50,537 nucleotides of DNA from Oscillospiraceae bacterium (GTDB lineage: Bacteria > Bacillota > Clostridia > Clostridiales > Clostridiaceae): the NCBI GenBank assembly GCA_009785875.1, contig WQUF01000185.1:1-50537 (forward strand). Direction: 5' to 3'. Positions 18,382 through 28,700 of the stretch are shown here, piece by piece. How positions within the stretch are numbered: the stretch's first letter is position 1; every line of letters begins with the position of its first letter. The notes beneath the pieces are model-generated. The model was given only the letters and a program-made list of their open reading frames with translations, was not told the origin of the DNA and did not search any database. The translations under genes and the position numbers were made by a program.

Positions 18382-21300
18382 ATGAAAAAAATAAATTTAT
18401 ATATTTCAGGGATTTTAGTTGTTATTTTTTCCTGCATGATGTTTTATATACCGAGCTATGCTTCTTCTATAGAACCTGATTACATTATATCAGAGGAATA
18501 TCCAGCTACAGAGGAACAGCCAATGGAAGGGGAATGTGCACTAATTGAGGAACAGCCAGTTGTAGAGGAAAATCCAGCCGAAGATTACCAAACGACTGAT
18601 GAACAGCCAGTGGTTGAGTATCCGACAGAAGATTACAAAACAATAGATGAACAGCCAGCAGCTGAGTATCAAGCAGAAGACTACCAGACGGTTGATGAAC
18701 AGCCAGTGGTTGAATATCCGACAGAAGATTACAAAACAGTAGATGAACAGCAAGTAGTTGAATATCAAGCAGAAGACTACCAGATTGTTGATGAACAATC
18801 CATAGTTGATTATCAAGCAGAAGACTATCAAACGACTGATGAACAGCCAGCAGTTGAGTATCCAGTAGAAGACTACCAAACTATTGATGAACAGCCAGTG
18901 GTTGAGTATCCAGTAGAAGACTACCAAACTATTGATGAACAGCCAGTGATTGAGTATCCAGTAGAAGACTACCAAACTATTGATGAACAGCCAGTGATTG
19001 AGTATCCAGCAGAAGACTACCAAACTATTGATGAACAGCAATCAGCTGAGTATCCAGCAGAAAATTATAATTCAATAGAATATAAAGACAATACTGAGAA
19101 CGTAGATAAGGTTAAATCCTCTGATGATGAGGAAGCTAATGTTATTGACGATACTGATAACAAAGACAAAACCGAAAGTAAAAGTGATTTTAAATCTACC
19201 AATGATGAAGAAGAATCTGCTTTTATAGACGAAACATATAACGAAGATAAGACCGAGAGCGCAGATAAGATTAAATCCTCTGATGATGAAGAAGCTAATA
19301 CCATAGATGATACTGAAAACAAAGACAAGACCGAAAGTAAGAATGATTCTAAATCTACAGATGATGAAGAAGAATCTGCTGTTATAGACGAAACATATAA
19401 CGAAGATAAGAGTGATAGCGTTGATAAGGTTAAATCCTCTGACAATAAGGAAGCTAATGTTATTAACGAAACTGATAACAAAGACAAAACCGAAAGTAAA
19501 AGTGATTCTAAATCTACCAATGATGAAGAAGAATCTGCTGTTATAGACGAAACATATAACGAAGATAAGAGTGAGAGCGTTGATAAGGTTAAATCCTCTG
19601 ATGATGAGGAAACTAATGTTATTGACGATACTGATAACAAAGACAAAACCGAAAGTAAAAGTGATTCTAAATCTACCAATGATGAAGAAGAATCCGCTGT
19701 TATAGACGAAACATATAACGAAGATAAGAGTGAGAGCGTTGATAAGGTTAAATCCTCTGACGATGAGGAAGCTAATGTTATTGACGATACTGATAACAAA
19801 GACAAAATCGAAAGTAAAAGTGATTCTAAATCTACCAGTGATGAAGAAGAATCCACTGTTATAGACGAAATATATAACGAAGATAACACTGAAAGCACAG
19901 ACATATCATCATTTGATGAAGAAAATGTTTATAACATAGGTGGTACTATTATCGAAAATAACACTGATGTAAATGAAACTACAGAAGCAAAAGAACCTAT
20001 TTCAATTTCAATAGAAGAATCTCAATCTACAAATATACAGCCAGAAATAGGGACAACCCAAGTTATAGAGGATACTCAACAAGTGGATTGTTCTCAGACT
20101 CCAAGTATATTACCTAAAATTGAAATTGTACCACTAACAGATTCTCTTCCAGATTTAGTGACAATACAGACATTTCAATTAATAAAACCTGAACCATACA
20201 TAGATTACTCTCAGACTGAAAGTGCTACACCTGCAATTGAAACAGTACAACAAATAGACGCACAACCAACAATAGCTACAACACCAGTTGTAGAGGAAGC
20301 TCCTCTACTAACCATAGATACAATGCCAATTATTGAAGAATCTCCGAATGTAGATTATACACAACCGGATTTACCTATAACGAATGAGACACTTCCAGTT
20401 ATAGAGCAATCTGACACCATGGAAAAATCTACAGTAAATACTACAACTAATACAAAACCATCAGCTAAAAATGAGTCCACGAGCGTTGTTGAATCTTTGA
20501 ATAATGATGAATCTTTGAATCAAAACGAGTCTTCAACTAAAGAAGAACCTGCTAACCAAGATAATTCCTCAAAAATGATAGCTTCTGCTGCTACAAAAGA
20601 CGAATCACAGAAAGATGATGAAACTACTACCGAAGAAGTATCTAAAAACGATAATAAATCTTCAACGCTCACAGCCACGGCGACACCAGAAGTAGATAAT
20701 AATTCAACATCAAAGCCTGTTACATATAGTTTAATAGCTTTTAACATTACAGATAAAACAAAAGGTGCGTTTTCTGAAAATATTAAGGTAACATTAGAGG
20801 ATGTAAAGAGTGGAAAGACTTATGAGTTTTTTCTTGCGGATGATACAGGATATCTGAGCGTTGGAAATATCATCACGAATGCATCATATAAAATTACACT
20901 TGAATATCCAAACTCAAACAAGTATTTATTACAGAATGTAGATGGATCTCCAATTGATTTATTTAGCTCAACAGCAGATGGAAATTATTGTGATTGGGTT
21001 ATCGTGAATACAGATGATGTAAAACCAGTAGAAAATGATTTACCATCATCAGAAGTAAAAGCGGACGCTGATATTGCTTTTAATGACTTTTACAATGCAG
21101 TAAAGACAATGGACGATAATAAAGATTGGGATGGATTTTATAAAAGATATGATGTTTATGATAACATTGACTCAAAAAAATACGTCGATATAGTTGGCGG
21201 TAAAACTTCGGATTGGGTATCAAAGAAAGATTTTGACAAATTTTTGTATTATGAAACATATATAAAACTTGCTTCTTACATAAAACAATCAGACTATGAT

Positions 21301-21810
21301 TACTATTTTGGAAGCGAACAAAATTTTTTAGATAATTCTGTAAGTAGTACATATCAAAGTCTTAAAGCATATGGTGATGGCTCAGAAGCAGAAGCATACA
21401 AGAAAATTATGCTATGGCAGTATAACTATATCTCAGATAATGGAAAAGCATATGATTTTGTGTCTAACCTTAGCAATGTAGAAAGTGATAATTCTTTAGT
21501 ATCAGGTCAAGATGAGAATATTAGTGAAACTCAGAATAAAAGTGATGTAGAGACAACGAGTAACACTACTATTAACACAACTATGCAATCTAACGTTGAT
21601 GAATCTAACGTAGAGCAATCTAACATTGATAAACTTAACGTGCAACAGGCTAACGCTGGATTAACTCCTACTAGTGCTTCTGTAGGAACAAAAAATAATA
21701 TATCAAAGAGCATTATGCTTATTGGATTTATAGTTTTGGGCTTTGTTACTGCTGGTGTAGTTCTTTTTATACGAAAGAGAATGACTGTTGATGAAGATGA
21801 TGAAGAATAA
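18382..21810 (+). CDS. Large acidic repeat-containing surface protein, tail-anchored (candidate mating adhesin)
   Basis: Signal peptide, two tandem-repeat arrays, P/T/Q-rich spacer, conserved C-terminal domain shared with 16975..18222. TM IMLIGFIVLGFVTAGVVLFI followed by RKRMTVDEDDEE. No LPXTG motif. Confidence 0.75.
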   Translation: MKKINLYISGILVVIFSCMMFYIPSYASSIEPDYIISEEYPATEEQPMEGECALIEEQPVVEENPAEDYQTTDEQPVVEYPTEDYKTIDEQPAAEYQAEDYQTVDEQPVVEYPTEDYKTVDEQQVVEYQAEDYQIVDEQSIVDYQAEDYQTTDEQPAVEYPVEDYQTIDEQPVVEYPVEDYQTIDEQPVIEYPVEDYQTIDEQPVIEYPAEDYQTIDEQQSAEYPAENYNSIEYKDNTENVDKVKSSDDEEANVIDDTDNKDKTESKSDFKSTNDEEESAFIDETYNEDKTESADKIKSSDDEEANTIDDTENKDKTESKNDSKSTDDEEESAVIDETYNEDKSDSVDKVKSSDNKEANVINETDNKDKTESKSDSKSTNDEEESAVIDETYNEDKSESVDKVKSSDDEETNVIDDTDNKDKTESKSDSKSTNDEEESAVIDETYNEDKSESVDKVKSSDDEEANVIDDTDNKDKIESKSDSKSTSDEEESTVIDEIYNEDNTESTDISSFDEENVYNIGGTIIENNTDVNETTEAKEPISISIEESQSTNIQPEIGTTQVIEDTQQVDCSQTPSILPKIEIVPLTDSLPDLVTIQTFQLIKPEPYIDYSQTESATPAIETVQQIDAQPTIATTPVVEEAPLLTIDTMPIIEESPNVDYTQPDLPITNETLPVIEQSDTMEKSTVNTTTNTKPSAKNESTSVVESLNNDESLNQNESSTKEEPANQDNSSKMIASAATKDESQKDDETTTEEVSKNDNKSSTLTATATPEVDNNSTSKPVTYSLIAFNITDKTKGAFSENIKVTLEDVKSGKTYEFFLADDTGYLSVGNIITNASYKITLEYPNSNKYLLQNVDGSPIDLFSSTADGNYCDWVIVNTDDVKPVENDLPSSEVKADADIAFNDFYNAVKTMDDNKDWDGFYKRYDVYDNIDSKKYVDIVGGKTSDWVSKKDFDKFLYYETYIKLASYIKQSDYDYYFGSEQNFLDNSVSSTYQSLKAYGDGSEAEAYKKIMLWQYNYISDNGKAYDFVSNLSNVESDNSLVSGQDENISETQNKSDVETTSNTTINTTMQSNVDESNVEQSNIDKLNVQQANAGLTPTSASVGTKNNISKSIMLIGFIVLGFVTAGVVLFIRKRMTVDEDDEE
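18580..19059 (+). repeat. In-frame tandem repeat, 10 x 48 bp (16 aa, EDYQT[IV]DEQPV[VI]EYP[AV])
   Basis: Period verified from the GAACAGCCAG recurrences (18841 and 18889 are 48 bp apart). Ten consecutive units counted in the translation. Confidence 0.9.
19105..19899 (+). repeat. In-frame tandem repeat, 5 x 159 bp (53 aa, D/E/S/K-rich)
   Basis: GATAAG[GA]TTAAATCCTCTGA recurs at 19105, 19264, 19423, 19582 and 19741, exactly 159 bp apart. Confidence 0.9.
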
Positions 21811-21942
21811 ATCTTTCATCAAATATAGTTACAGATAAAAATAAGAACTTTGAGAATAGAATTTTTAATATGATAAAGATGAATTTTTCCTTTTACTGCT
21901 GTTTTATTACCGATAACTGTATAACTAAAGGAGGAATGTTTC

Positions 21943-22416
21943 ATGAGAACCAAAGACCCTAATAAACTTGCAGAACTAATTAAAGAAGAAAGGGATCGAC
22001 TTTCAAAGTACGAGAAAAAGAAATCTGAGTGGGATACGAAAGTGCAGAACTGCAAAGAAAAGTTAGATAATTTAATAATGTTACAAAATAGTCAAAATTT
22101 TACGATTTTATCTGAAAAACTAGTTAATAGTGGTATGTCATTTGAAGATATAATTAAAGCTATTTCATCTGGTGAAATGAGTTCACTAAAAGAAAAGACA
22201 TTCAATAATAGTAACGAAAAAGCTACTTCTGAACAGAAAACGGAGAACAGTACTGATAAAACTGAAAACGAAGATTTCCCTTACAGTCCCCAATTAATTG
22301 ATTCATGGCAAAAAATTGAAATTAGTGACGCTACATTAAAGCCTACAACAACTAATATGGACTTTTACGAAAACATTCAAAACGTTAATGGAGATTATAT
22401 TCCATACAATAATTAA
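21943..22416 (+). CDS. Hypothetical protein (N-terminal coiled-coil)
   Basis: ATG 8 nt after AAAGGAGG. No family recognised. Confidence 0.55.
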   Translation: MRTKDPNKLAELIKEERDRLSKYEKKKSEWDTKVQNCKEKLDNLIMLQNSQNFTILSEKLVNSGMSFEDIIKAISSGEMSSLKEKTFNNSNEKATSEQKTENSTDKTENEDFPYSPQLIDSWQKIEISDATLKPTTTNMDFYENIQNVNGDYIPYNN

Positions 22417-22480
22417 CTAATTATAGCTCTATATTTTATATGAACAATAATTTTTAGTATAAGTTGAGAATTACATTAAG

Positions 22481-22879
22481 GTGAAGGAAGGGATAAAAAT
22501 TAGTGAAAGTGCGTATCAATTCAATAACTTATCACCTAATGCTAATATAAGAAATGAAGTGAAAAGAATGTTTGAACTTGATATTTTAAATGGCAAATAT
22601 GTGGTAGGGGAACGTGTACCTACAATATCACATTTCACTAAAATATATAGAGTAGGTGAATCAACTGCATATAAAACATTAAGTTCTCTGGTGGATGATG
22701 GAATACTCATAAAAAAGCATGGAGTCGGATATTTTTTAAAACCTTGTATTTACGATAAATTAATGCAATCACATGTAACTGAACTTGAAAGGCAAATGCG
22801 TGAAGTTATAAACTATGCAATTCGTATAGGGCTTAAAACGGAAGAAATATACGAACTATTAAAAAAAATCGTAAGCTAA
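22481..22879 (+). CDS. Small GntR-type winged-helix transcription regulator (paralogue 1)
   Basis: ILNGKYVVGERVPTISHFTKIYRVGESTAYKTLSSLVDDGILIKKHGVGYFLKP fits the GntR wHTH pattern. Short helical C-terminus with no effector domain (YtrA-like size). Confidence 0.7.
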   Translation: MKEGIKISESAYQFNNLSPNANIRNEVKRMFELDILNGKYVVGERVPTISHFTKIYRVGESTAYKTLSSLVDDGILIKKHGVGYFLKPCIYDKLMQSHVTELERQMREVINYAIRIGLKTEEIYELLKKIVS

Positions 22880-22938
22880 AAATGTTTTTTTGGTATATTT
22901 ATTTTACTAAGGCTATGGTCTGTTTTCTTAAATAGATG

Positions 22939-22953
22939 AACTCACGGTGAGTT
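22939..22953. repeat. Dispersed palindrome copy 6, AACTCAC-G-GTGAGTT (17 bp perfect over 22938..22954)
   Basis: Read directly. Lies between the GntR-like gene and topB, about 30 nt upstream of GTG 22984. Confidence 0.95.
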
Positions 22954-22983
22954 CGAAGTTTATATAGGAAGGAGGTATTAGTT

Positions 22984-25260
22984 GTGGGATTTGCTTTATG
23001 CGTAGCTGAAAAACCAAGCGTAGCGAACGATATTGCAAAAGTCATAGGTGCTACAAAGCGTGAAGATGGTTTTTTTGTGGGAAATGGGTATCTTGTTTCA
23101 TGGGCAATAGGACACCTTGTAGGGCTTTGCGAGCCAGAAGTGTATGGATTTGTACCACAGAATAAAATATTCGATGAGATGATGGATAAAGCTTACGCTG
23201 AACTTCCTTTAGTTCCTGATGATTTTAAACTTATGGTATTAGAATCCACCAAAGCTCAGTTCCGTATATTGAAAGATTTAATGGCACGGAAAGATGTAGA
23301 TTATATTATTGATTGTGGTGATATGGGTCCTGAAGGTCACATTCTGCAGTGGTTCATACGCAAGATGGCAGGTTGTACAAAACCAGTGAAACGGTTTTGC
23401 GCAACCTCCATGACAGAACAAGCTATAAAAAAGTCATTTCAAAATTTGCGCCCTATTGAGGAGTTTGAGAATATCATAAGGGGAGAATTTTGCAAAAAAA
23501 AGGCTGATTGGATTTTGGGTATGAGTATGTCACGGGTTGCGAGCATTAAGTATAAATCAGGTATAAATATAGGTAGAGTACAGTCTCCTACTTTGTTTTT
23601 CATTGTCAAACGTTATTTAGAAGTAACGAATTTTAAGGTTACAAATTATTTCACTATGAGGGTAAATTTGGCGGAAGGGTTTAGCGTCTTTTGGAAAAAG
23701 GATATTGAAAATAAAATCCCTTTGAAAATGAAAGATAATGAAGGACGTGTACTAGATAAGGCAACAATAGATAAAATAGTTCAGGAAATTATAAAAGATG
23801 GTACAGGCATTATCACAGAGCTAAATACAGTGAAAAAAGGCATAGATAGACCACAGCTTTTCGATATAACAGAACTACAGAGGGAGGCAAACCGCAAATT
23901 TGGATACACAGCTTCGGTAACACTAGCGAACGCTCAGGTTTTGTATGAACGTATGAAATTAATAAGCTATCCAAGAACTGATAGTAGATACATCACCAGT
24001 GATTTGGTACCGTTAATGGCAGATAGAATAAATGAAATTGGAACAATTGCAAAATACAGTAGACAGGCTCAAGAGTTAATTAAAAGGGGTCTGAATATAG
24101 ATAAAAAAATTGTAGACGATAAAAAAGTTACTGACCACCATGCAATAATAGTCACTGAAAAGATTAAAAATGTTGATTTATCTAAACTTTCTTCAAGTTC
24201 GGAAGAAAGCAAAAAAGGAGTAACGTCCGATTCACTTAAAAATATACTTAACTTAGTTTTATGCCGTATGCTAGTCTCATTTTCTGAGGCTTATATCTTC
24301 GAGCAGACATCATTAACAGTAAAATTTCAAAATGGATTTTCTTTTTCTGCAATTGGAAAAAAACCAATTAGTTTAGGCTTTAAAGCTGTAGAAGAAGAAC
24401 TATCTGGTATTGAAAAAGAGGATGAGGATAAACAAGATGAAGAACAAGTTTTTAAAAACGTTGTAAAAGGTCAGACTGTAACAGTAAAGGACTGTCTTAA
24501 TATTCCGTGTAAGACAACGCCCCCAAAGCTTCATACCGAAGCAACTCTACTTACCGCAATGGAAAACGCAGGTGCAAACGTTGAAAACGGGGCTATTCTA
24601 AAAGGACGAGGTATTGGAACTCAGGCGACTCGTGGGGATATTATTAGGAAATTGTTTGAAACAAAAGTCGTCGAAGGTGAAAAGAAAGGCAAGACTACAT
24701 ATATTAAGCCGACATCCAAAGGTCTTAGCGTGATACGTGTATTACCCCAAGAGCTTTATAGCGCAGGTATTACTGCAAAGTGGGAAACAAAAATTGCCCA
24801 AATAGCAGAAGGAAAAAGTACCGAAGATGATTTTATGAAGGATTTTCTTGTATTTATAAAAGAAAAAGTACAGCAAGTAAAAGATAATAAAGAACCTATT
24901 TCTTTCAAAAAAGAACGTGAAGTTGTGGCAAGCTGTCCTCTTTGTTCAGAAAATGTTTATGCATTTTATAATAAAGATGAAAACGGAAAAAATGATTTTA
25001 TAAGGTATTATTGCTCTGAAAATTGCGGTTTTCAACTTCAAACAAATAACGAAGTATTCTTAAAGAGATTAAGACGAAGCATTACAGAAACAGAAGCTAA
25101 AAAATTCATGCATAATAGGTTTCTTGCACTTGATTGTATTTTATCTCTCGATGATGGGAAAACAGCTACATATAAAGGTGAGTTCACTTTTAGCAAAAGA
25201 GTTGTAGATGATAAAACATACTGCAATATTGACTGTATACCAATTAAAAAGAAGAAATAA
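22984..25260 (+). CDS. topB: DNA topoisomerase III (type IA)
   Basis: Toprim N-terminus (LCVAEKPSVANDIAKVIG), active-site region ISYPRTDSRYIT, C-terminal Cys-rich zinc-ribbon-like segment (CPLCSENVY...YYCSENCGF). Confidence 0.9.
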   Translation: MGFALCVAEKPSVANDIAKVIGATKREDGFFVGNGYLVSWAIGHLVGLCEPEVYGFVPQNKIFDEMMDKAYAELPLVPDDFKLMVLESTKAQFRILKDLMARKDVDYIIDCGDMGPEGHILQWFIRKMAGCTKPVKRFCATSMTEQAIKKSFQNLRPIEEFENIIRGEFCKKKADWILGMSMSRVASIKYKSGINIGRVQSPTLFFIVKRYLEVTNFKVTNYFTMRVNLAEGFSVFWKKDIENKIPLKMKDNEGRVLDKATIDKIVQEIIKDGTGIITELNTVKKGIDRPQLFDITELQREANRKFGYTASVTLANAQVLYERMKLISYPRTDSRYITSDLVPLMADRINEIGTIAKYSRQAQELIKRGLNIDKKIVDDKKVTDHHAIIVTEKIKNVDLSKLSSSSEESKKGVTSDSLKNILNLVLCRMLVSFSEAYIFEQTSLTVKFQNGFSFSAIGKKPISLGFKAVEEELSGIEKEDEDKQDEEQVFKNVVKGQTVTVKDCLNIPCKTTPPKLHTEATLLTAMENAGANVENGAILKGRGIGTQATRGDIIRKLFETKVVEGEKKGKTTYIKPTSKGLSVIRVLPQELYSAGITAKWETKIAQIAEGKSTEDDFMKDFLVFIKEKVQQVKDNKEPISFKKEREVVASCPLCSENVYAFYNKDENGKNDFIRYYCSENCGFQLQTNNEVFLKRLRRSITETEAKKFMHNRFLALDCILSLDDGKTATYKGEFTFSKRVVDDKTYCNIDCIPIKKKK

Positions 25261-25322
25261 TTATTATTAAGGATGTACAATTAGTTTTTTCTTTCATTAT
25301 ATAAAGGAAAGAGGTATAAAAT

Positions 25323-25745
25323 ATGGGAATAACCGAAAGAAACTATGAAGCAATGGCTTCGGATGAACTCGAAATGTATTTACAAGGCTTTGAAAAAAGA
25401 AATAAACAAAAAGTAACAAAACTTAAAAACGAGCAAGATTTTAATACAGTAATGAGCAATATTGATTTTGCACAGCGTTTACAGCTTATAAACGAAATAC
25501 AGGCGAATATGTATCGTATGCGTGCGCAAAATGCACGATTGGATTTTGAAAAGCTTGAAAGAAACGAAACAAGAGATATTGTTGATGATTTTGAAAACCC
25601 GAGGGAACACACTAAGAGGTTACAAACACTGGATGAATGTAAATCAGCAATAGCCGAAGAACGTAAAAAGTCTAGTGTAAACGAAAAAAAGAAAGAGCAG
25701 TCTCAGAATACAGAGCAAGACGAATTTCTTAAAGATAGGAATTGA
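25323..25745 (+). CDS. Hypothetical coiled-coil protein
   Basis: ATG after AAAGAGGTATAAAAT. K/E/Q-rich. The stop is 6 nt before the start of the polyvalent protein gene. Confidence 0.5.
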   Translation: MGITERNYEAMASDELEMYLQGFEKRNKQKVTKLKNEQDFNTVMSNIDFAQRLQLINEIQANMYRMRAQNARLDFEKLERNETRDIVDDFENPREHTKRLQTLDECKSAIAEERKKSSVNEKKKEQSQNTEQDEFLKDRN

Positions 25746-25751
25746 TTTGAC

Positions 25752-28700
25752 GTGAACAATATTTCTATTGAGCAAGAAGATTACTTTCAAAATAGTGTAA
25801 TGCGTGACCCTCAAGGTAATCTCTTGGTGTTTTATCATGGTACGCCATATGGAACTTATAATGAGTTTTACGCTGGTACGCATTTTACTAGAAATAAAGA
25901 ATATGCAGACAGATATCAGAATCCATCAGCTAGTAGTAATGTTAAATCTATGAGAAATGAGGAACTAACACCGAAGACATATGCAGTTTACTTGAACATC
26001 ACAAAACCATTTGATACTAGATTTACAAAAGAGAGAGATATATTCTACAATGAATATTTGGGAAAATATAGTGCTTCTACAGCTGGTTTATCAAAAAATG
26101 GTTTTCCTGATTGGACAGAATCTGAAAATCTTTTAGAATTTTTTGAAAAAAAAGAATATGATTACGATGGATTAATCCTTGATGAAGGATCTGACGGTGG
26201 CTATGAATTTGATGTGTCAAATAGGGGATTTTCATATGTTATTCGTTACCCGAATGAAGCAAAGGATATTGAAAATCTAAAACCTACTTTAGCAAATGAG
26301 TTTAATGAAGAATCAACTCACCGTGAGTTCGAAAATTTGTTGAATGTTTTAAGTCAATCTGAAAAGTTTAATGCAGTTTATAGTTATGAGAACAGGTATG
26401 AAAACGAAGTAAGTTTAAATCCTATTACCACTTATGATGAGGTAGCTCAAAAAGTGACCTTTAAGGATGAAGTATTGCGAAGTAATAACGCTGAAAAGCT
26501 TAAAACAATTCTGGATACTGCCTATCAACACGCTATGAATGAATGGAATCTTCAAAATGGGACAATATCATTTAATGATGTTAATAAGGTTGACTTAATG
26601 CTACATATAAATAGGCTTTCAGAAGGACAATTGTCAAGTTTAAATAGAACCCAAATAGAAACGGCACTTAAAAGAATTTCTACACCAGTAGAAAATCGAC
26701 CAAGAGATATTGATATTAATTTTTTAAGAAACAGGTTGAATGTTGCTCTTGATAGACTAAATTATCTTGATAGAGACTATAGACTGGACAAGCTATACTC
26801 CCAAACCGAAAAATTTGAAGCAGTTTATGAATATGAAAAAAAGTATGGTAAAAATTATAATACTATAACCACTTATGATGAGTATTTAGATAGGATAAGC
26901 TTTAAGAAAAATATTGAAATTATACATACGATAGAAGGATTACAAGAAATACTTGATAATGCCTATAATGTTGCAGTAAGTGATAAAGAGCTTCTTAATG
27001 GCACTAATAAATTTGAAGACGCTAGTTTACGTGACCTTGCATTTCATATTATGAGACTTTCTGATGATGAATTAACTAATTTAGATAAGGAAAAACTACA
27101 TACTGCATATGAAAGGCTTAATGCGCCAATCGATCGCCGTTTACTATTGGAATTTGATATAAATAATGTGGTAAAACGACTTAATTCGACTCTTGGCTTT
27201 GAAACAATTGGAAGTGGAAGCATGGGTGCCGTAATAAAGTATGGTGATAAAGTATATAAGAACCTTAGAGAGAATGAAGCAGAAGTCTACACAGCTCTAC
27301 AAAACGTTGAAGGTATAGCAAAAGGTGAGGTTGCATTACTAAATGGCGTTTTAAAAATTAAGACAGATTATTATGATAAAATTATATCTACAGACGATAT
27401 ACGGAGTAATATGCGTCAAAATGAAACCATAAGAAATATTATCAAAGAGAACTATGAGAGAATAATAAACGCAGTTAGTAATTTAAGCTCACAAGGGTAC
27501 TCGTATTCTGACCCTTTGCAATTTGGTTATTCAATTAAGACGGGGAAATTGGATTTGCTTGATTTTTCAAATGCGTATATTCCTGAAATATCCTTTGGAC
27601 AATCAAGCATAGACCAAGCATTTGAAGATAATTTTTTGTATCTAAGGAATTATTTTAGTGCATTCGGAAGAGAAGATTTAGCACAGATATCAAGTAGTGC
27701 AACTGCATTTGAAAGAATTTCAAAGCTGGATAATCATACACTTCAATTAATGGATGATAAATTAGGATTAGAATTTAAAAGAGCTGTCGGTGACACAAAA
27801 CTTAATAACATATACTTTTCATATAGTGCAAGAACTGTTGGTATAAAAGACGCATACCAGTTTTATGATGATGAAATAAAGAAAAACTTTGTATTTTCTG
27901 AAAGACAGTTATCTCAGAGAGATATATTAGAATGGGAGCTAAATCCCGTTAAAATAACATTTGAAAGTGAAAATCATGAAAAAGTACGGAAGGAAAGCGA
28001 ACTTAGAATAGCAAATGCTATGGAGGTGTATAGAGAAATGCCATCTAATGAAAATAAAATTGATGTAGCAATTGAGAGTACAAATGAATATGCAGAAGAT
28101 AATTTTCATAGGGATTTAATAGATATTGATGTACAAAACGAAGACGGTTCTTATGGCAAGGTTGTTGACTTATATAGGGTTGTATATGTCAATGAGAATT
28201 TAGCCTTTACACCTATTTTTCAGAATGTTTTTAAAAGTGAAGAGGAAGCTAGGCGTTCGATTGCCCAAAAAGATAATCTCAATCTTGTGCCATATGATAA
28301 CCTTGTCAATGAAACATTGAAAAAACAAATGGAACTAAAAAAAGTCGTTGAGAGTACCAATGAGGCTAACCATGAATCAGTAAAGCAAGTAGAACTTGAT
28401 GATTCTCAAAAAAATAATGAAGCCCAAGATAACCCAAATAAGGTTCGAAATAAAAAAGAATCTCTACAAGAAGTTCAAGAATCAGATAGCGAAAAGAGCA
28501 AGAAAGATGTTTTACTTGAAAAAATTCAAACAGGTGTTAAGAGTGTCTTGGAAAGTGAAAATCTAAAAAACTATCTGAATACCAGTAGTAAACTTTTTAA
28601 AAATAAATATAGTTTTAATAATACCATACTTGTGTGGTTACAAAAAAGGGACGCTTCTTATGTTATGGGGTATGAAGACTGGAAAAAGTTTGGTCGTAAC

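Noticed and set aside
18541-19904. Long minus-strand ORFs (18541..19041, 166 aa; 19065..19904, 279 aa) and the question of whether the repeats are a CRISPR array
   Set aside because: They are antisense readings of the in-frame acidic tandem repeats of the 18382..21810 gene (L/S/F-rich low-complexity translations, no RBS). The repeats are contiguous 48-bp and 159-bp units with no unique spacers and lie inside a continuous ORF, so this is not CRISPR.
25178-25190. Isolated half-sites GTGAGTT(C) (for example about 25178, 32366, 32706, 43864, and AACTCA at 37159)
   Set aside because: A 7-mer is expected several times by chance in 50 kb. Without the partner arm they are not counted as motif copies.
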